Assembly (NCBI GenBank): GCA_965242865.1
Contig: CBDETK010000013.1
Location: 1,536,001-1,600,000 of the forward strand
DNA length: 64,000 nt
Source: Candidatus Latescibacterota bacterium
GTDB taxonomy: Bacteria > Latescibacterota > UBA2968 > UBA8231
Direction: 5' to 3'
Part shown: piece by piece, positions 19,698 through 29,557 of the stretch
How the letters are laid out: every line of letters begins with the position of its first letter
How positions within the stretch are numbered: position 1 is the stretch's first letter
Position numbers and translations under genes: made by a program
Notes under the pieces: model-generated
Databases searched by the model: none
The model's input: the letters and a program-made list of their open reading frames with translations, nothing else
Told to the model about the DNA's origin: nothing

Positions 19698-20348
19698 TCA
19701 GCCGCGCAGGGCGGCGATAATGCGGGCTGGATCGCGAGCACTGAAGATGGCTGAACCAGACACTAGGCACCGGGCGCCGGCCCGGCGGCAGGCGGCCGCA
19801 TTGCCGGGATGCACCCCTCCGTCAATGCCGACGGGCAGGTCTAGTCCACGGTGCTCGATTTCCGCGCACAGAGCGCGGATTTTGTCGAGGGCGGCCGGCT
19901 GAAAGGGCTGGCCGCCAAACCCCGGCTCCACCGACATGACCAAGACCGAGTCGAGCGCGTCGAGATAGGGGTAGCAGGCGACGACCGGCGTACTCGGATT
20001 GACCGCGAGCCCGCACTGGAGCCCGTGCTGGCGAATGGCGTCGAGTACGGCCGGGAGGTTGTGCTCGATTTCCACGTGGACCACGAGCGAGTCCGCGCCG
20101 GCCTCTTTGAAGGGGCCGATAAAGGGCCAAGGATTTTGCAGCATCAGGTGCGTGTTGAGTGCTAGGCGGGTCGTTTGGCGCACGGCCGCGACGACCGGCA
20201 GCCCAAAACTGATGTTGGGGACGAAGTGCCCATCCATTACGTCGAGATGGAGAAAGTCGGCTCCTCCGCGCTCCACGCGACCGATGTCCTCGGCTAGGCG
20301 GGCAAAGTCGGCGGCCAACAGGGAAGGACCGATGCGCGTGGCGTTCAC
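19698..20348 (-). CDS. rpe: Ribulose-phosphate 3-epimerase
   Basis: PSLLAADF, HLDVMDGHFVPNISFG, MSVEPGFGGQ, DGG. Confidence 0.97.
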   Translation of the reverse strand: MNATRIGPSLLAADFARLAEDIGRVERGGADFLHLDVMDGHFVPNISFGLPVVAAVRQTTRLALNTHLMLQNPWPFIGPFKEAGADSLVVHVEIEHNLPAVLDAIRQHGLQCGLAVNPSTPVVACYPYLDALDSVLVMSVEPGFGGQPFQPAALDKIRALCAEIEHRGLDLPVGIDGGVHPGNAAACRRAGARCLVSGSAIFSARDPARIIAALRG

Positions 20349-21118
20349 GGCTCCTCCCAGTGGTCGAAGGCGTCCGGTGCTGGCCGCGGCGGCGCGCTGC
20401 TGACGACGAGGTCGATGCGGCCGTGGCGCGGGATGCGCTGCCCGCTCGTCGGCACCTGCTCGAGGATCGTGCCGACGCGCTTTTGTTCGTCGATGTGTTT
20501 GGCAATGTGGCCGATGCGCATTTCGTATTTGCGCAAGGTGTCCGCCACGACTTTGAAGGGCAGGCCGATTAGATTTGGAACGCGCTTGAGGGCTGTGGGG
20601 GGGCCGTTGCTGACTTGGAGGTCCACCGCGCTGCCCGGGGCGAGCCGAGCACCCGGGGCAGGCGACTGCTCGACGACAGCCCCCTCGGGCAGGGTCTCTG
20701 AGGAGCGATAGAGGATTTGGCCGCTCTTTAGCTGGTTGCCCTCTAGTTGCAACCGCGCCTCGCGGAGGCTGACGCGGCGCACGTCGGGCACTTGGGAGTA
20801 GCGCGGCCCCTTGCTCACGGTCAAGACGATGCGCCGCCCCTTTTTGACCCATTGTCCCACGCTTGGATCGTGCCCGACGACCGCGTCGGCCGAGATGGTC
20901 TCGTGGTGCAGCGTATCGCCGATGGTCATCTTCAGCCCTGCTTGGTCGAGGCGAGCGGATGCCTCGGGCGCGAAAAGCCCTTGCAGGTCGGGCACTTGGA
21001 CGCTGGGCGTATCCACTGCGTACGGCATGACGACCGCGTCGAGCAGCACGATGGCGATGAGGCCGGCGAGGAGCGCGCCGGCCGCGGCTAGGCCCAGTTG
21101 GCGGAGGATGTTTTTCAC
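20345..21118 (-). CDS. PASTA-domain membrane protein
   Basis: N-terminal TM then three VPDL/VPDV/VPNL-initiated PASTA repeats. Confidence 0.9.
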   Translation of the reverse strand: MKNILRQLGLAAAGALLAGLIAIVLLDAVVMPYAVDTPSVQVPDLQGLFAPEASARLDQAGLKMTIGDTLHHETISADAVVGHDPSVGQWVKKGRRIVLTVSKGPRYSQVPDVRRVSLREARLQLEGNQLKSGQILYRSSETLPEGAVVEQSPAPGARLAPGSAVDLQVSNGPPTALKRVPNLIGLPFKVVADTLRKYEMRIGHIAKHIDEQKRVGTILEQVPTSGQRIPRHGRIDLVVSSAPPRPAPDAFDHWEEP

Positions 21119-22431
21119 GCTGCGCCCTTGCGGATGCGTGCGGCAAAACTGCCATCGCCGGCGTGTTGGCCCGGGATGGTCAGTACGTAGCGGCCGGCAT
21201 AAGGCTGGGCCGGAAAGTGGGCATCGGCGCGTTCCAGCCGAGCGGTCGGGGTCTGTTGTAAGAACCGCTCGACAATGGCCTCGTTTTCCTCCTCCTCCAA
21301 GCTGCAGGTGCTATACACCAAGACCCCGCCGGGCCGCAGGTGTTCGTACGCGCGTTGGATGAGCACCTGTTGGCGGGCAGTCAAGGCGGCAAATTCGGCC
21401 GGCTTGCGACGCCAGCGGGTATCGGGTCGCCGCCCGAGGACGCCGGTGGCACTGCACGGCACATCCGCGAGGACGCGGTCGAAGACGCCGCACCCGGGGG
21501 TCGTGCCGTCGCGGGCTATTGGGCGGATGGCGCGCAGGCGCAGGCGGCGGGCGTTTTCGCGCACTCGCTTCAGGCGCGGCAGGGAAATGTCGGTGGCTAC
21601 GACCCAGCCGCGGTCCGCCATGGCGATGGCGGCTTGCACGGCCTTGCCGCCGGGCGCGCTGCACAGATCGAGTAGGCGTTCGCCCGGCTGCGGGTCGAGC
21701 AAGGCCACGGCCAAGCCGGCGTTGGGGTCTTGCACCTGAAACCGTCCCTGCTGGTACGCTTGGGAGGCAAAGAGCGCCGCGCCATGGGTCGCTCGATAAA
21801 AGCCCGGCCGCGACCCGACCGGGACTAAGTCGAGTTCGGCGGTTAGCGCGCGACTGGGGCGCAGCCGATTGAGGTAGATGTTGAGTTCGGCGGGCTGGTT
21901 GTTGGCCGCGAGGACGCGCTCGGCGATTGTGCGGCCCCAGCGGCCGACCCAGCGTTCGACCAACCACTCGGGATGGGAGTGATATACCGCGAGATAGCGC
22001 GTCGGGGTCTGGCGCGGGTCCGGGTAGCGAATGGGGGCGCGTTGCCGCAGCAAGTTGCGGAGGACGGCGTTGACCAGTGAGGCGATGCCTGAGTGCGTCA
22101 AGTGCTTGGCTAGCTCGACCGAGGTGTGGACCGCCGCAGACTGGGGTACGCGGTCGAGCCAGAAGAGCTGATAGGTGCCGAGGCGCAAAATGTGCCGGGC
22201 CCAAGGCGAGAGTTGGGCCACCGGGCGCGTGCAGCCGGTGGCGATGATCCAATCGAGCCGCTTCTGCCAGCGCACCACGCCGAGGACGAGCTGCCGGGCA
22301 AAGCGCACATCGCGGTGGGTCGGCAAGCGCGCGTCGAGGGCTTGGAGCAGTTCGTCAAAGGGCTGGGCTTGCCGCTCTAGGTCGCGGAGCAGGCGCGCGG
22401 CCGCGAGGCGGGTGGAGTCGGGAGGGCGCAC
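21115..22431 (-). CDS. rsmB: 16S rRNA m5C967 methyltransferase
   Basis: NusB-like N-terminus, DLCSAPGGK, DVPCSATG, YSTCSL. Confidence 0.95.
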   Translation of the reverse strand: MRPPDSTRLAAARLLRDLERQAQPFDELLQALDARLPTHRDVRFARQLVLGVVRWQKRLDWIIATGCTRPVAQLSPWARHILRLGTYQLFWLDRVPQSAAVHTSVELAKHLTHSGIASLVNAVLRNLLRQRAPIRYPDPRQTPTRYLAVYHSHPEWLVERWVGRWGRTIAERVLAANNQPAELNIYLNRLRPSRALTAELDLVPVGSRPGFYRATHGAALFASQAYQQGRFQVQDPNAGLAVALLDPQPGERLLDLCSAPGGKAVQAAIAMADRGWVVATDISLPRLKRVRENARRLRLRAIRPIARDGTTPGCGVFDRVLADVPCSATGVLGRRPDTRWRRKPAEFAALTARQQVLIQRAYEHLRPGGVLVYSTCSLEEEENEAIVERFLQQTPTARLERADAHFPAQPYAGRYVLTIPGQHAGDGSFAARIRKGAA

Positions 22432-22440
22432 GGCTTAGGC

Positions 22441-23664
22441 TTAGCGCAAGAGGAGCATGGCGCGGTGGAGCTCGGCCGACGCCGTCCGCAGGCGGTAGAT
22501 GTAAAGGCCGCTGGCGGCCGGAGTGCCGGTGGCCAATCGGCTATCCCAGTGGGCCACATGCCGCCCCGGGGACGCATTCGCCGCAAAGGGCGTAGCGACC
22601 TTTTGACCCAAGAGATTGAAGATGTCGATTTGGGCAAAGTGCGGCCCGCCCTCGGGGAGGGCAAAGGGGATAGCGGTGCCGGCATTAAAGGGATTGGGGT
22701 AGTTCGGCGCGAGGAAGAGCTCGCGCGGCCGAGCGAAGCCAGACGGCTCTGAGATGGACGTGGCAATCCCCCATTCCACTTGGCCTTCAGCACACGAGCC
22801 TTCGGCACAGGCGTTAAAAACGAGCGCGGTCTCCTCTTCGGCGTCGAAGAGTAAGTACGTCAGGCCGCGTTCGTCGCTGGTGGTCGTCACCTGCTGGGTC
22901 GCGCCGGCCGGGATGCGGATGGCTTCGCCGTTGACGAATGCGTAGGCCGGGCCGGGGCCGGTGTTGGTAAGGTCCCAGGTAAAAGCCGCGCCCGTGCGGA
23001 AAGACCCGGCCTGTAATAGGCGCGCGGATACGAGGATTTCGCCGGCGCTGCCATCGGCTAGGCCGCCGGTGCCGGTGGCCGAAAAGGAGGGGGTTGGCTC
23101 GGCCCAGCGGAAGAAGATTCCCTCTGGCAAAGCCTGCCCCTCGGCGTCGCAGTAATTGCGTAAGAACGCGACTTGCGGCCGGATGTTGTCGCGCTCGGTA
23201 AAAGAAGGCCCGAGCGACACCATGTCGAGGTAGATGTCTATGGGCGTGGTCGGGCTGATGGAGTCGGCCACGGTAAACGCCAGATCCGCGAGATGGCCTT
23301 CGCCCGCGATTCCTGCGCCTCCGAGGATCGCGATGCCCCATTGGGCGGTCTGGCCTTGGATTTGCGGAGGGCCTGGGGCGACAAAGGAATTAGCTTTAGC
23401 GGTCTGGCCCAGTGCAGCCGCGACGGCCGCGACGGCGTGGGCCGGCTCCCAGCTAAATTCGAATTTGACTTGGCGCACTTGGCTCATGTTGCGCGCCGAG
23501 ATGCTGAACTCCACGGTGCTGTTCGCTGCCAACCCGCAGAAGGGGCCTTCTTGGCCGACGAAAATTTCGACGTCTGCATTGGGACCGGCCGCCGCAAGAC
23601 GAGGCAACGCGGCGATCCCGAGGAGGGCGATATAGCAGAGGAACATGTGTTTTGCTCGAGTCAT
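22441..23664 (-). CDS. Secreted protein with cohesin/Ig-like domains and FlgD/T9SS-type C-terminal domain
   Basis: Signal peptide; tail LAPNYPNPFNAGTAIPF...IFNLLGQKV...WD...ASGLYIYRL...MLLLR. Confidence 0.85.
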   Translation of the reverse strand: MTRAKHMFLCYIALLGIAALPRLAAAGPNADVEIFVGQEGPFCGLAANSTVEFSISARNMSQVRQVKFEFSWEPAHAVAAVAAALGQTAKANSFVAPGPPQIQGQTAQWGIAILGGAGIAGEGHLADLAFTVADSISPTTPIDIYLDMVSLGPSFTERDNIRPQVAFLRNYCDAEGQALPEGIFFRWAEPTPSFSATGTGGLADGSAGEILVSARLLQAGSFRTGAAFTWDLTNTGPGPAYAFVNGEAIRIPAGATQQVTTTSDERGLTYLLFDAEEETALVFNACAEGSCAEGQVEWGIATSISEPSGFARPRELFLAPNYPNPFNAGTAIPFALPEGGPHFAQIDIFNLLGQKVATPFAANASPGRHVAHWDSRLATGTPAASGLYIYRLRTASAELHRAMLLLR

Positions 23665-23727
23665 AGTTGAAAAACAAGGTACGCGACACCCGCCCCAGCG
23701 CGGCTTTACGCGGCCGAAGCGAGTCGA

Positions 23728-23961
23728 TTACGGCAAGCGCGACAAGATCAGCGTCCCCAGTGCCAGCAAGGTGGCGATTTGCATTCCAACCAACCAGCGC
23801 GTGAGCGCGGCGATTTCTTTCCGCACTTCACTGATGGACCGCTCAATGCTATCCAAGCGGGTGTTGGTCTGGCGATCTTGCTCAACGGATTGCTCGGCAA
23901 TGCCTTCTAGCCGCCCAATCCGGCGGTCGTGGTCTTGTGCTTGCGTTAGCGGTTCGTTCAT
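23728..23961 (-). CDS. Small coiled-coil protein with C-terminal TM helix (DUF1640-like)
   Basis: AAAGGA RBS; heptad RLDSIERSISEVRKEI then RWLVGMQIATLLALGTLIL. Confidence 0.7.
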   Translation of the reverse strand: MNEPLTQAQDHDRRIGRLEGIAEQSVEQDRQTNTRLDSIERSISEVRKEIAALTRWLVGMQIATLLALGTLILSRLP

Positions 23962-24254
23962 GGGGCTTTCCTTTCGGTTGGGGTCCTCGGACTTCGTGGC
24001 GACCGGCATGAACCCGCGCTGGCCCTTGTACCCGCAAGGAATTTACCCAGCCGTACAGCAGTCCAATCAATTTCGTACCCGCGTTCATTCGCGTCAAACG
24101 CGGCGGCAAACTGCCGCAATGTTTTTTGTCAGCAGCTAAACCAGCGGGCGCTTAGCACCGCTTGCGCGGCTGGGGCGGCGCGTCTATCTTGACGCCCTCG
24201 CTACGCAGTTGCTCGTAGCGAGCGGATTGAAATTGAAACCACCGGATACATTAT

Positions 24255-25934
24255 ATGCGCCGTTACCCCGTCTGGAATGTCCTCTGCGACGACCCGTACG
24301 ATAGCTTAATTGACGCGCTGCTCGCCGGGCGCGGCCTGACCCGCGCCGAGCTGCAAGTCGGCCCCGAAGCCCTGCACCCGCCCGAGCAAATGCAGGATAT
24401 GGCAACGGCGGTTGCGCGGCTGGAACGGGCCGTGTGCGCTCGCGAAAAAATCGTCGTGTACGGCGACTACGACGTCGACGGGGTTTGCAGCACGGCCGTG
24501 CTGATGGACTTTCTCGAGCGCGTGGGGGCTGACTGCGACTGGCTCTTGCCCGACCGCCACAAGGACGGATACGGTCTCAAGCCGCCCGGGGTCGAGCGCG
24601 CCCTAGCAAAGGGAGCCCGCGTCATCGTCACGGTTGACAATGGCATTTCGGCCTACGACGCCTTGGAATTGGCCGCGGCGCGGGGCGTGGAGGTCGTCGT
24701 CGTGGATCACCACCAGCAGCTCGCCGAACTGCCGCGCGCCCTTGCCATCGTCAATCCCAACCGCCGCGATTGCGCCTATCCCTTCAAGAGCTTGGCGGGC
24801 GTCGGCGTCACCTTCAAGCTGGTGCAGGCCCTCAGCGAAGCCTTTCTCGCTGGCGAGGAACGCCGCTGCTATCTCAACGGATTGCTCGACTTCGTGGCCT
24901 TGGGGACGGTGGCCGATCTCGTGCCCGTGTTGGGAGAAAATCGCCTGTTTATTCGGCGCGGCCTGCAGATCCTCCAGCGCACCAAACGCCTCGGGCTGGG
25001 GGCACTCAAGCAGGTGGCCAAGGTCCAAAATCAGCCGCTTGATGCGGCCTGTTTGGCGTTCCGGCTGGGGCCGCGGATCAATGTGGCCGGCCGCTTAAAA
25101 ACGCCCGATCTAGCGCTGCGGCTGTTGCGCTCCCAAAGCGAGGGGGAGGCCGCGCAGGTAGCCGACGAGCTCAACCGGCTCAACTCCCAGCGGCAGGCTT
25201 GGCAGCGCGAGGGCATCCGGGAGGTCGAGGAACAGGTCGGCCCGGAGGAGGATGTGGAAGACCGCATCATCGTGGTGCTGGGGGAGTGGAATATGGGAAT
25301 CATCGGCCTGTTGGCCAGCAAGTTGTGCGAGCAATACGCCCGCCCCGCCGTCGTGTGTACCCAAGGCACCGACCATGGGCTGTGCGTGGGCTCGGCCCGC
25401 AGCATCCCGGGCTACGACATCAGCGCGGGAATCCACGCCTGCGAAGAACACTTGGAGACCCACGGCGGCCATCCAGCGGCCGCGGGTTTTTCGCTCGCGG
25501 TCGATGCCTTTGAGCGCTTTCGCCTCGCGCTGATCAACCACGCCAACGCCCGCATCAGTGCCGAGGACCTGCAACCGGCCTTGGACATCGATCTGATGCT
25601 CAAGCCGGCGGACCTGACGCTCGACACGGTGAAGCAACTCGACGAGCTAGAGCCTTTTGGCAACGGACACCGGCGTCCGGTTTTTGCCCTAGCGGATTGC
25701 CGAGTCGTTGGGTCGCGGCAAATCGGCGCCGACGGCCGCCACTTTAAGGCCGAATTGGAGGCGGGCAGCCGCCGCTGTACTGCGCTGTGGTGGAACCAAA
25801 AAGACCTCGCGGCCCAAGTGCGGCCGGGCACCCGGCTGAACGCGGCTTTTGAGCTGGAGGCCGACCGCTACACCGGCAACGGCGCCGTGCAGATGGTCCT
25901 CAAGGACCTGCACCTGTCAGAGCCGACCGCCTAG
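24255..25934 (+). CDS. recJ: Single-stranded DNA exonuclease RecJ
   Basis: YGDYDVDG, TVDNG, DHH, LGTVAD, PRINVAGR, GSARS, GGHPAAAG. Confidence 0.97.
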   Translation: MRRYPVWNVLCDDPYDSLIDALLAGRGLTRAELQVGPEALHPPEQMQDMATAVARLERAVCAREKIVVYGDYDVDGVCSTAVLMDFLERVGADCDWLLPDRHKDGYGLKPPGVERALAKGARVIVTVDNGISAYDALELAAARGVEVVVVDHHQQLAELPRALAIVNPNRRDCAYPFKSLAGVGVTFKLVQALSEAFLAGEERRCYLNGLLDFVALGTVADLVPVLGENRLFIRRGLQILQRTKRLGLGALKQVAKVQNQPLDAACLAFRLGPRINVAGRLKTPDLALRLLRSQSEGEAAQVADELNRLNSQRQAWQREGIREVEEQVGPEEDVEDRIIVVLGEWNMGIIGLLASKLCEQYARPAVVCTQGTDHGLCVGSARSIPGYDISAGIHACEEHLETHGGHPAAAGFSLAVDAFERFRLALINHANARISAEDLQPALDIDLMLKPADLTLDTVKQLDELEPFGNGHRRPVFALADCRVVGSRQIGADGRHFKAELEAGSRRCTALWWNQKDLAAQVRPGTRLNAAFELEADRYTGNGAVQMVLKDLHLSEPTA

Positions 25935-25939
25935 GCTTC

Positions 25940-27163
25940 GTGGAGAATGCACACGTGATAAGTTCCCAGCACACCAAGGAATTGTGCATCCGCGATAGCG
26001 ACGCCAAAATCGTCCTGTTGGTCATCGATGGCTTGGGCGGGTTGCCCCATCCAGCCACGGGCAAATCCGAGCTGGAGACGGCCCGGTTGCCCCACTTAGA
26101 CGCGCTGGCCCAAGGGGGGCTCTGCGGCCTAATCTCGCCGTTAGGGGCCGGCTTTACCCCGGGCAGCGGCCCGGCCCACTTGGCCCTCTTTGGCTACGAT
26201 CCTTGGCAAAGCCAAATCGGTCGCGGCGCCCTTTCGGCCCTCGGCTTGGGGTTGGATTTCGCGCCCGGCGACATCGCGGTGCGCCTCAACTTTTGTACGG
26301 TGGATGCGGCCGGTCGAGTGAGCGACCGCCGCGCCGGCCGCATCCCAACGGAAAAAGGCCGCCAGCTCTGCGAAGTGCTGAGCGCGATCGCGGTGCCCGG
26401 GGTGGAGGTGCAGGTCGTGGCCGAGATGGAGTACCGCGCCGGCGTGGTGTTTCGCGGCGCGGGCTTGGGCGACCAAGTCTCGGATTCGGACCCACAGGTG
26501 CCCGGGGTGCGGCCCAAGCCCCTGACGGCCCTCGCGCCGGGATCGGAACGCACCGTTGAAGTGGCTGCTGCCTTTTTAGCCCAAGCCGCTGCCCTGCTCG
26601 CGGACGAGCACCCGGCCAACATGGTGTTGCTGCGGGGATTTGGCCGCTACCCAGATCTGACGTCGATGGACGAGGCGTACGGGCTGAAAGCGCTGGGCAT
26701 TGCCGGGTATCCCATGTACCGCGGCGTGGCCGGGGCCGTGGGCATGGAGGTCGCAGAGGTCGGCTCGGACCTCGCGTCCGAGTTCGCCTTGCTCGAAAGC
26801 CGCTACGCAGACTACGACTTTTTTTACGTCCACGTAAAAAAGACCGACAGTGCCGGCGAGGACGGCGATTTCGACCGGAAGGTGCGGGTGTTAGAGGAGG
26901 TCGATACTTACATTCCGCGGTTGCTCGCGCTGCAACCCGAAGTGCTCATCGTCACGGGCGATCACTCGACCCCTTCGGTTATGCGGAGCCACAGTTGGCA
27001 CCCCGTGCCCACGGTCCTAGCGAGCCGCTGGGCGTTGGCCGACGCAGCCGCTGAATTTTCCGAGCGCGGGTGCCGCGCCGGCAGCCTCGGAATCGCGCCG
27101 GCGACCGGCTTGATGGCCCTGGCGTTGGCCCATGCGCGTCGCCTCGACAAATTCGGTGCTTGA
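25940..27163 (+). CDS. apgM: 2,3-bisphosphoglycerate-independent phosphoglycerate mutase (ApgM type)
   Basis: DGLGG, TPGSGPAHLALFGYDP, DRRAGRI, TDSAGEDG, TGDHSTP, HSWHPVP. Confidence 0.92.
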   Translation: MENAHVISSQHTKELCIRDSDAKIVLLVIDGLGGLPHPATGKSELETARLPHLDALAQGGLCGLISPLGAGFTPGSGPAHLALFGYDPWQSQIGRGALSALGLGLDFAPGDIAVRLNFCTVDAAGRVSDRRAGRIPTEKGRQLCEVLSAIAVPGVEVQVVAEMEYRAGVVFRGAGLGDQVSDSDPQVPGVRPKPLTALAPGSERTVEVAAAFLAQAAALLADEHPANMVLLRGFGRYPDLTSMDEAYGLKALGIAGYPMYRGVAGAVGMEVAEVGSDLASEFALLESRYADYDFFYVHVKKTDSAGEDGDFDRKVRVLEEVDTYIPRLLALQPEVLIVTGDHSTPSVMRSHSWHPVPTVLASRWALADAAAEFSERGCRAGSLGIAPATGLMALALAHARRLDKFGA

Positions 27164-27164
27164 G

Positions 27165-28007
27165 ATGATCACCCCTCTGCGCATTGCCCATCGCGGCGCG
27201 TCCGGTGCGGGACTGGCCCCGGAAAACACGCTGGCCGCTTGCGAAAAGGCCCTCCAAATCGGCGTCGATATCCTCGAAATTGACGTGCACACCACCCGCG
27301 ATGGCCAGCTCGTAGTCCTGCACGACGCCGTGCTCGACCGGACGACCAATGGCACCGGGTTGGTGGCCGACCTCTTGGGCGAGCAAGTGCGCCAGCTCGA
27401 CGCGGGCCGCTGGTTCAGCCCTGATTTTGCCGGCGAGCGCGTGCCCCTGCTCGAAGACGTGCTCGACTTAGCGCGGAATCAAGCACTCGTGCTGATCGAG
27501 ATCAAAGCCGACGGCATTGCCGAGCGCGTCCTGCAGGTGATTGAGGCCATGAATGCGGCCGAGCGCGTGGTGGTGCAGGCGTTCAATCCGCAAACGGTCC
27601 AGCGGCTCAATTTGCTCGCGCCGACCCTGCCCACCGCGCTGTTGGTCGGCCAGTTGCCGACGACGCCCTCGCGGGTGCGGGCGCGTCGCCTCGTGCGCCA
27701 AGTGCTGCAAGTGGGGGCCAACGCGCTGGCAATGTGGTACGCGGTGCTGACCCCGCCCTTCCTCGAAGAGACCCGCAAGCGGGGCATTGCGGTGTGGGCT
27801 TGGACCGTGGACGAGGACATTGCAATGCGCGACTTGGCGACGATGGGGGTGCAGGGCATCATCACCAATCAGCCGGACCGACTCAATCGAGTGCTCAACG
27901 AGCTGGTGGCCGCCGGGCCGCTGCGGCCGCCCTTGGGCCAGAAGCGCAGCCGCTGGGGCCGCCGCCGCCAATTGCGCAAGCTCCAAGCCGCCAAAAAGGG
28001 TCGCTAA
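27165..28007 (+). CDS. Glycerophosphodiester phosphodiesterase
   Basis: IAHRGASG..APENTL, EIDVH, HD..LDRTTNG, WTVD, GIITNQP. Confidence 0.92.
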   Translation: MITPLRIAHRGASGAGLAPENTLAACEKALQIGVDILEIDVHTTRDGQLVVLHDAVLDRTTNGTGLVADLLGEQVRQLDAGRWFSPDFAGERVPLLEDVLDLARNQALVLIEIKADGIAERVLQVIEAMNAAERVVVQAFNPQTVQRLNLLAPTLPTALLVGQLPTTPSRVRARRLVRQVLQVGANALAMWYAVLTPPFLEETRKRGIAVWAWTVDEDIAMRDLATMGVQGIITNQPDRLNRVLNELVAAGPLRPPLGQKRSRWGRRRQLRKLQAAKKGR

Positions 28008-28009
28008 AG

Positions 28010-28216
28010 ATGTTCTACACCTTGTTCGCCGTCTTGCTGCTGGTCGTCGTGGTGCTCAAATTCTGGTCGCCCTTTGGCCCGCGGTGCCCCCAGTGCCACG
28101 CCCGCCGCGAGGATGCCGAATACCCCTTGTGTCCAAATTGCGGGTGGATCTATGAAGTGCCCGGGGAAGAAGACGAGGATTTCGCGCCGGGCGAAGCAGA
28201 AAATGCGAAGTTTTGA
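28010..28216 (+). CDS. Small membrane-anchored zinc-ribbon protein
   Basis: TM segment then CPQC...CPNC and acidic tail; starts 2 nt after upstream stop. Confidence 0.7.
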   Translation: MFYTLFAVLLLVVVVLKFWSPFGPRCPQCHARREDAEYPLCPNCGWIYEVPGEEDEDFAPGEAENAKF

Positions 28217-28330
28217 AGGGGCGCAGCCGCGCTGTCGCGCCCCGATTTGCGCTTGACAATTTCCCGTCCTTCCCTTTAGATTGTCTCTGATATAGAGAGC
28301 ACAAAACGTTCAAACTCAGGAAGGTGGACC

Positions 28331-28954
28331 ATGAAAATCCGGGCAATATCGCTGTTTGTCGCGGTCGCGGTTTTGGCGGGCTGTGACGCCCCCCCCACCG
28401 CCGAGCTGCAAGCGGCCAAGCAAGCCCTCGACGCGGCCCGAGATGTCGGCGCGGAGCGCTTTGCTGCCAACGAGTACTCGGCCGCCCAGCGCGCGTACAG
28501 CGAAGCCGAGGCAACGACCAACACCGAAGCCGAGCGCTTTTTCCTCTTAAAGGACTTTGAGCAGGCGCGGACGCAAATCGCCGATGCCAAGAGCAAGGCC
28601 ATGCAGGCCGAGTCGTCGGCCGAAGCCGAAAAGAAGCGCCAGCGGGAGTCGGCCCAAGCTGCGATTGCCGCTGCCCGCGACGCGGTCGCGGCCGCCTATA
28701 CCAGCCTAGAGGACGCGCCGGCGGGCAAGGGCACCGAGGCCGATATTGAGGCATTGCGCGCCGAGTTGAGCACGGCCGAAGCCGATATAGAAGCGGCCGA
28801 AGCCGCGCTAGACAGCGAGGAGTTCTCCGATACCGAGGCCCTCGCCGGCAGCGCGGATCAGCAGGCTACCGAAATCGCCGATGGCGTGATGGTGGCCGTG
28901 CAAAAATACCACGATCTGGTCGAGAAGATGCGCCCTTGGTACGAGCGCATCTAA
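28331..28954 (+). CDS. Alpha-helical lipoprotein (DUF4398-like)
   Basis: Lipobox LAGC, PPTAELQAAKQALDAARDVGAERFA. Confidence 0.8.
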   Translation: MKIRAISLFVAVAVLAGCDAPPTAELQAAKQALDAARDVGAERFAANEYSAAQRAYSEAEATTNTEAERFFLLKDFEQARTQIADAKSKAMQAESSAEAEKKRQRESAQAAIAAARDAVAAAYTSLEDAPAGKGTEADIEALRAELSTAEADIEAAEAALDSEEFSDTEALAGSADQQATEIADGVMVAVQKYHDLVEKMRPWYERI

Positions 28955-29556
28955 GCGCGCCCTTGCAAGCTCTAACCACAGGCGGCCGGGAGTTGCTCCC
29001 GGCCGCTTTGTTTTTTTTTACCCTGTGGTGGGGCCCGCCCGCCGCCGGTGCGTCTGCGCTCTGGTTGGAGCACCAGCAACTGGTGCAAGCCCTTGAGCGC
29101 CACGATCTAGCTACCCCCTACATCGTCATCAATACCCAAGACAATCTGCTCCTGCTCCGCGACGGGGAGCAGGTGTTGCGCCAAGCCGCTTGTGCAACGG
29201 GCAGTGGCCGCAAGCTCGAAGGGGCTAAGCGGTGGCATCGCTGGACGTTTGACACCCCCAAGGGCCGCTTTGCCATCCGCCGCAAAGTCGCCGATCCCCT
29301 GTGGACTCGGCCAACTTGGTTCTTCGTGGAAAACGACGAGGAAATCCCCATTTTCGCCGAGGACCCGCGGCGGTTCCAGCGCGGGGTCTTGGGCGCGTAC
29401 GCCCTGTACTTTCTCAAGGATTTTATGATCCATGGCACACTCTTTGAAATCAACTTGGGCAAGAGCATCACCCACGGCTGCGTGCGGATGGGCCACGAGG
29501 AGCTGGAATATCTGTACGAAGCGGTCGAAATCGGCTGGCCGGTCTTTATCTACTAG
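28936..29556 (+). CDS. L,D-transpeptidase (YkuD family); start uncertain
   Basis: TPKG, P.WTRP.W, MIHGT...THGCVRM catalytic His/Cys. Confidence 0.9.
   Translation: MVRAHLSAPLQALTTGGRELLPAALFFFTLWWGPPAAGASALWLEHQQLVQALERHDLATPYIVINTQDNLLLLRDGEQVLRQAACATGSGRKLEGAKRWHRWTFDTPKGRFAIRRKVADPLWTRPTWFFVENDEEIPIFAEDPRRFQRGVLGAYALYFLKDFMIHGTLFEINLGKSITHGCVRMGHEELEYLYEAVEIGWPVFIY
28982..29019 (+). terminator. Intrinsic terminator-like hairpin
   Basis: Perfect 11-bp stem GCGGCCGGGAG-ttg-CTCCCGGCCGC followed by TTTG and T9, 27 nt after the lipoprotein stop. Confidence 0.75.
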
Positions 29557-29557
29557 T

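Noticed and set aside
19698-21155. Apparent 485-aa N-terminally extended Rpe
   Set aside because: Extension overlaps the PASTA gene in another frame; GGAGGAG RBS supports GTG at 20348
24197-24222. Hairpin CTCGCTACG-N8-CGTAGCGAG upstream of recJ
   Set aside because: Single short palindrome with no U-tract or second copy; function unsupported
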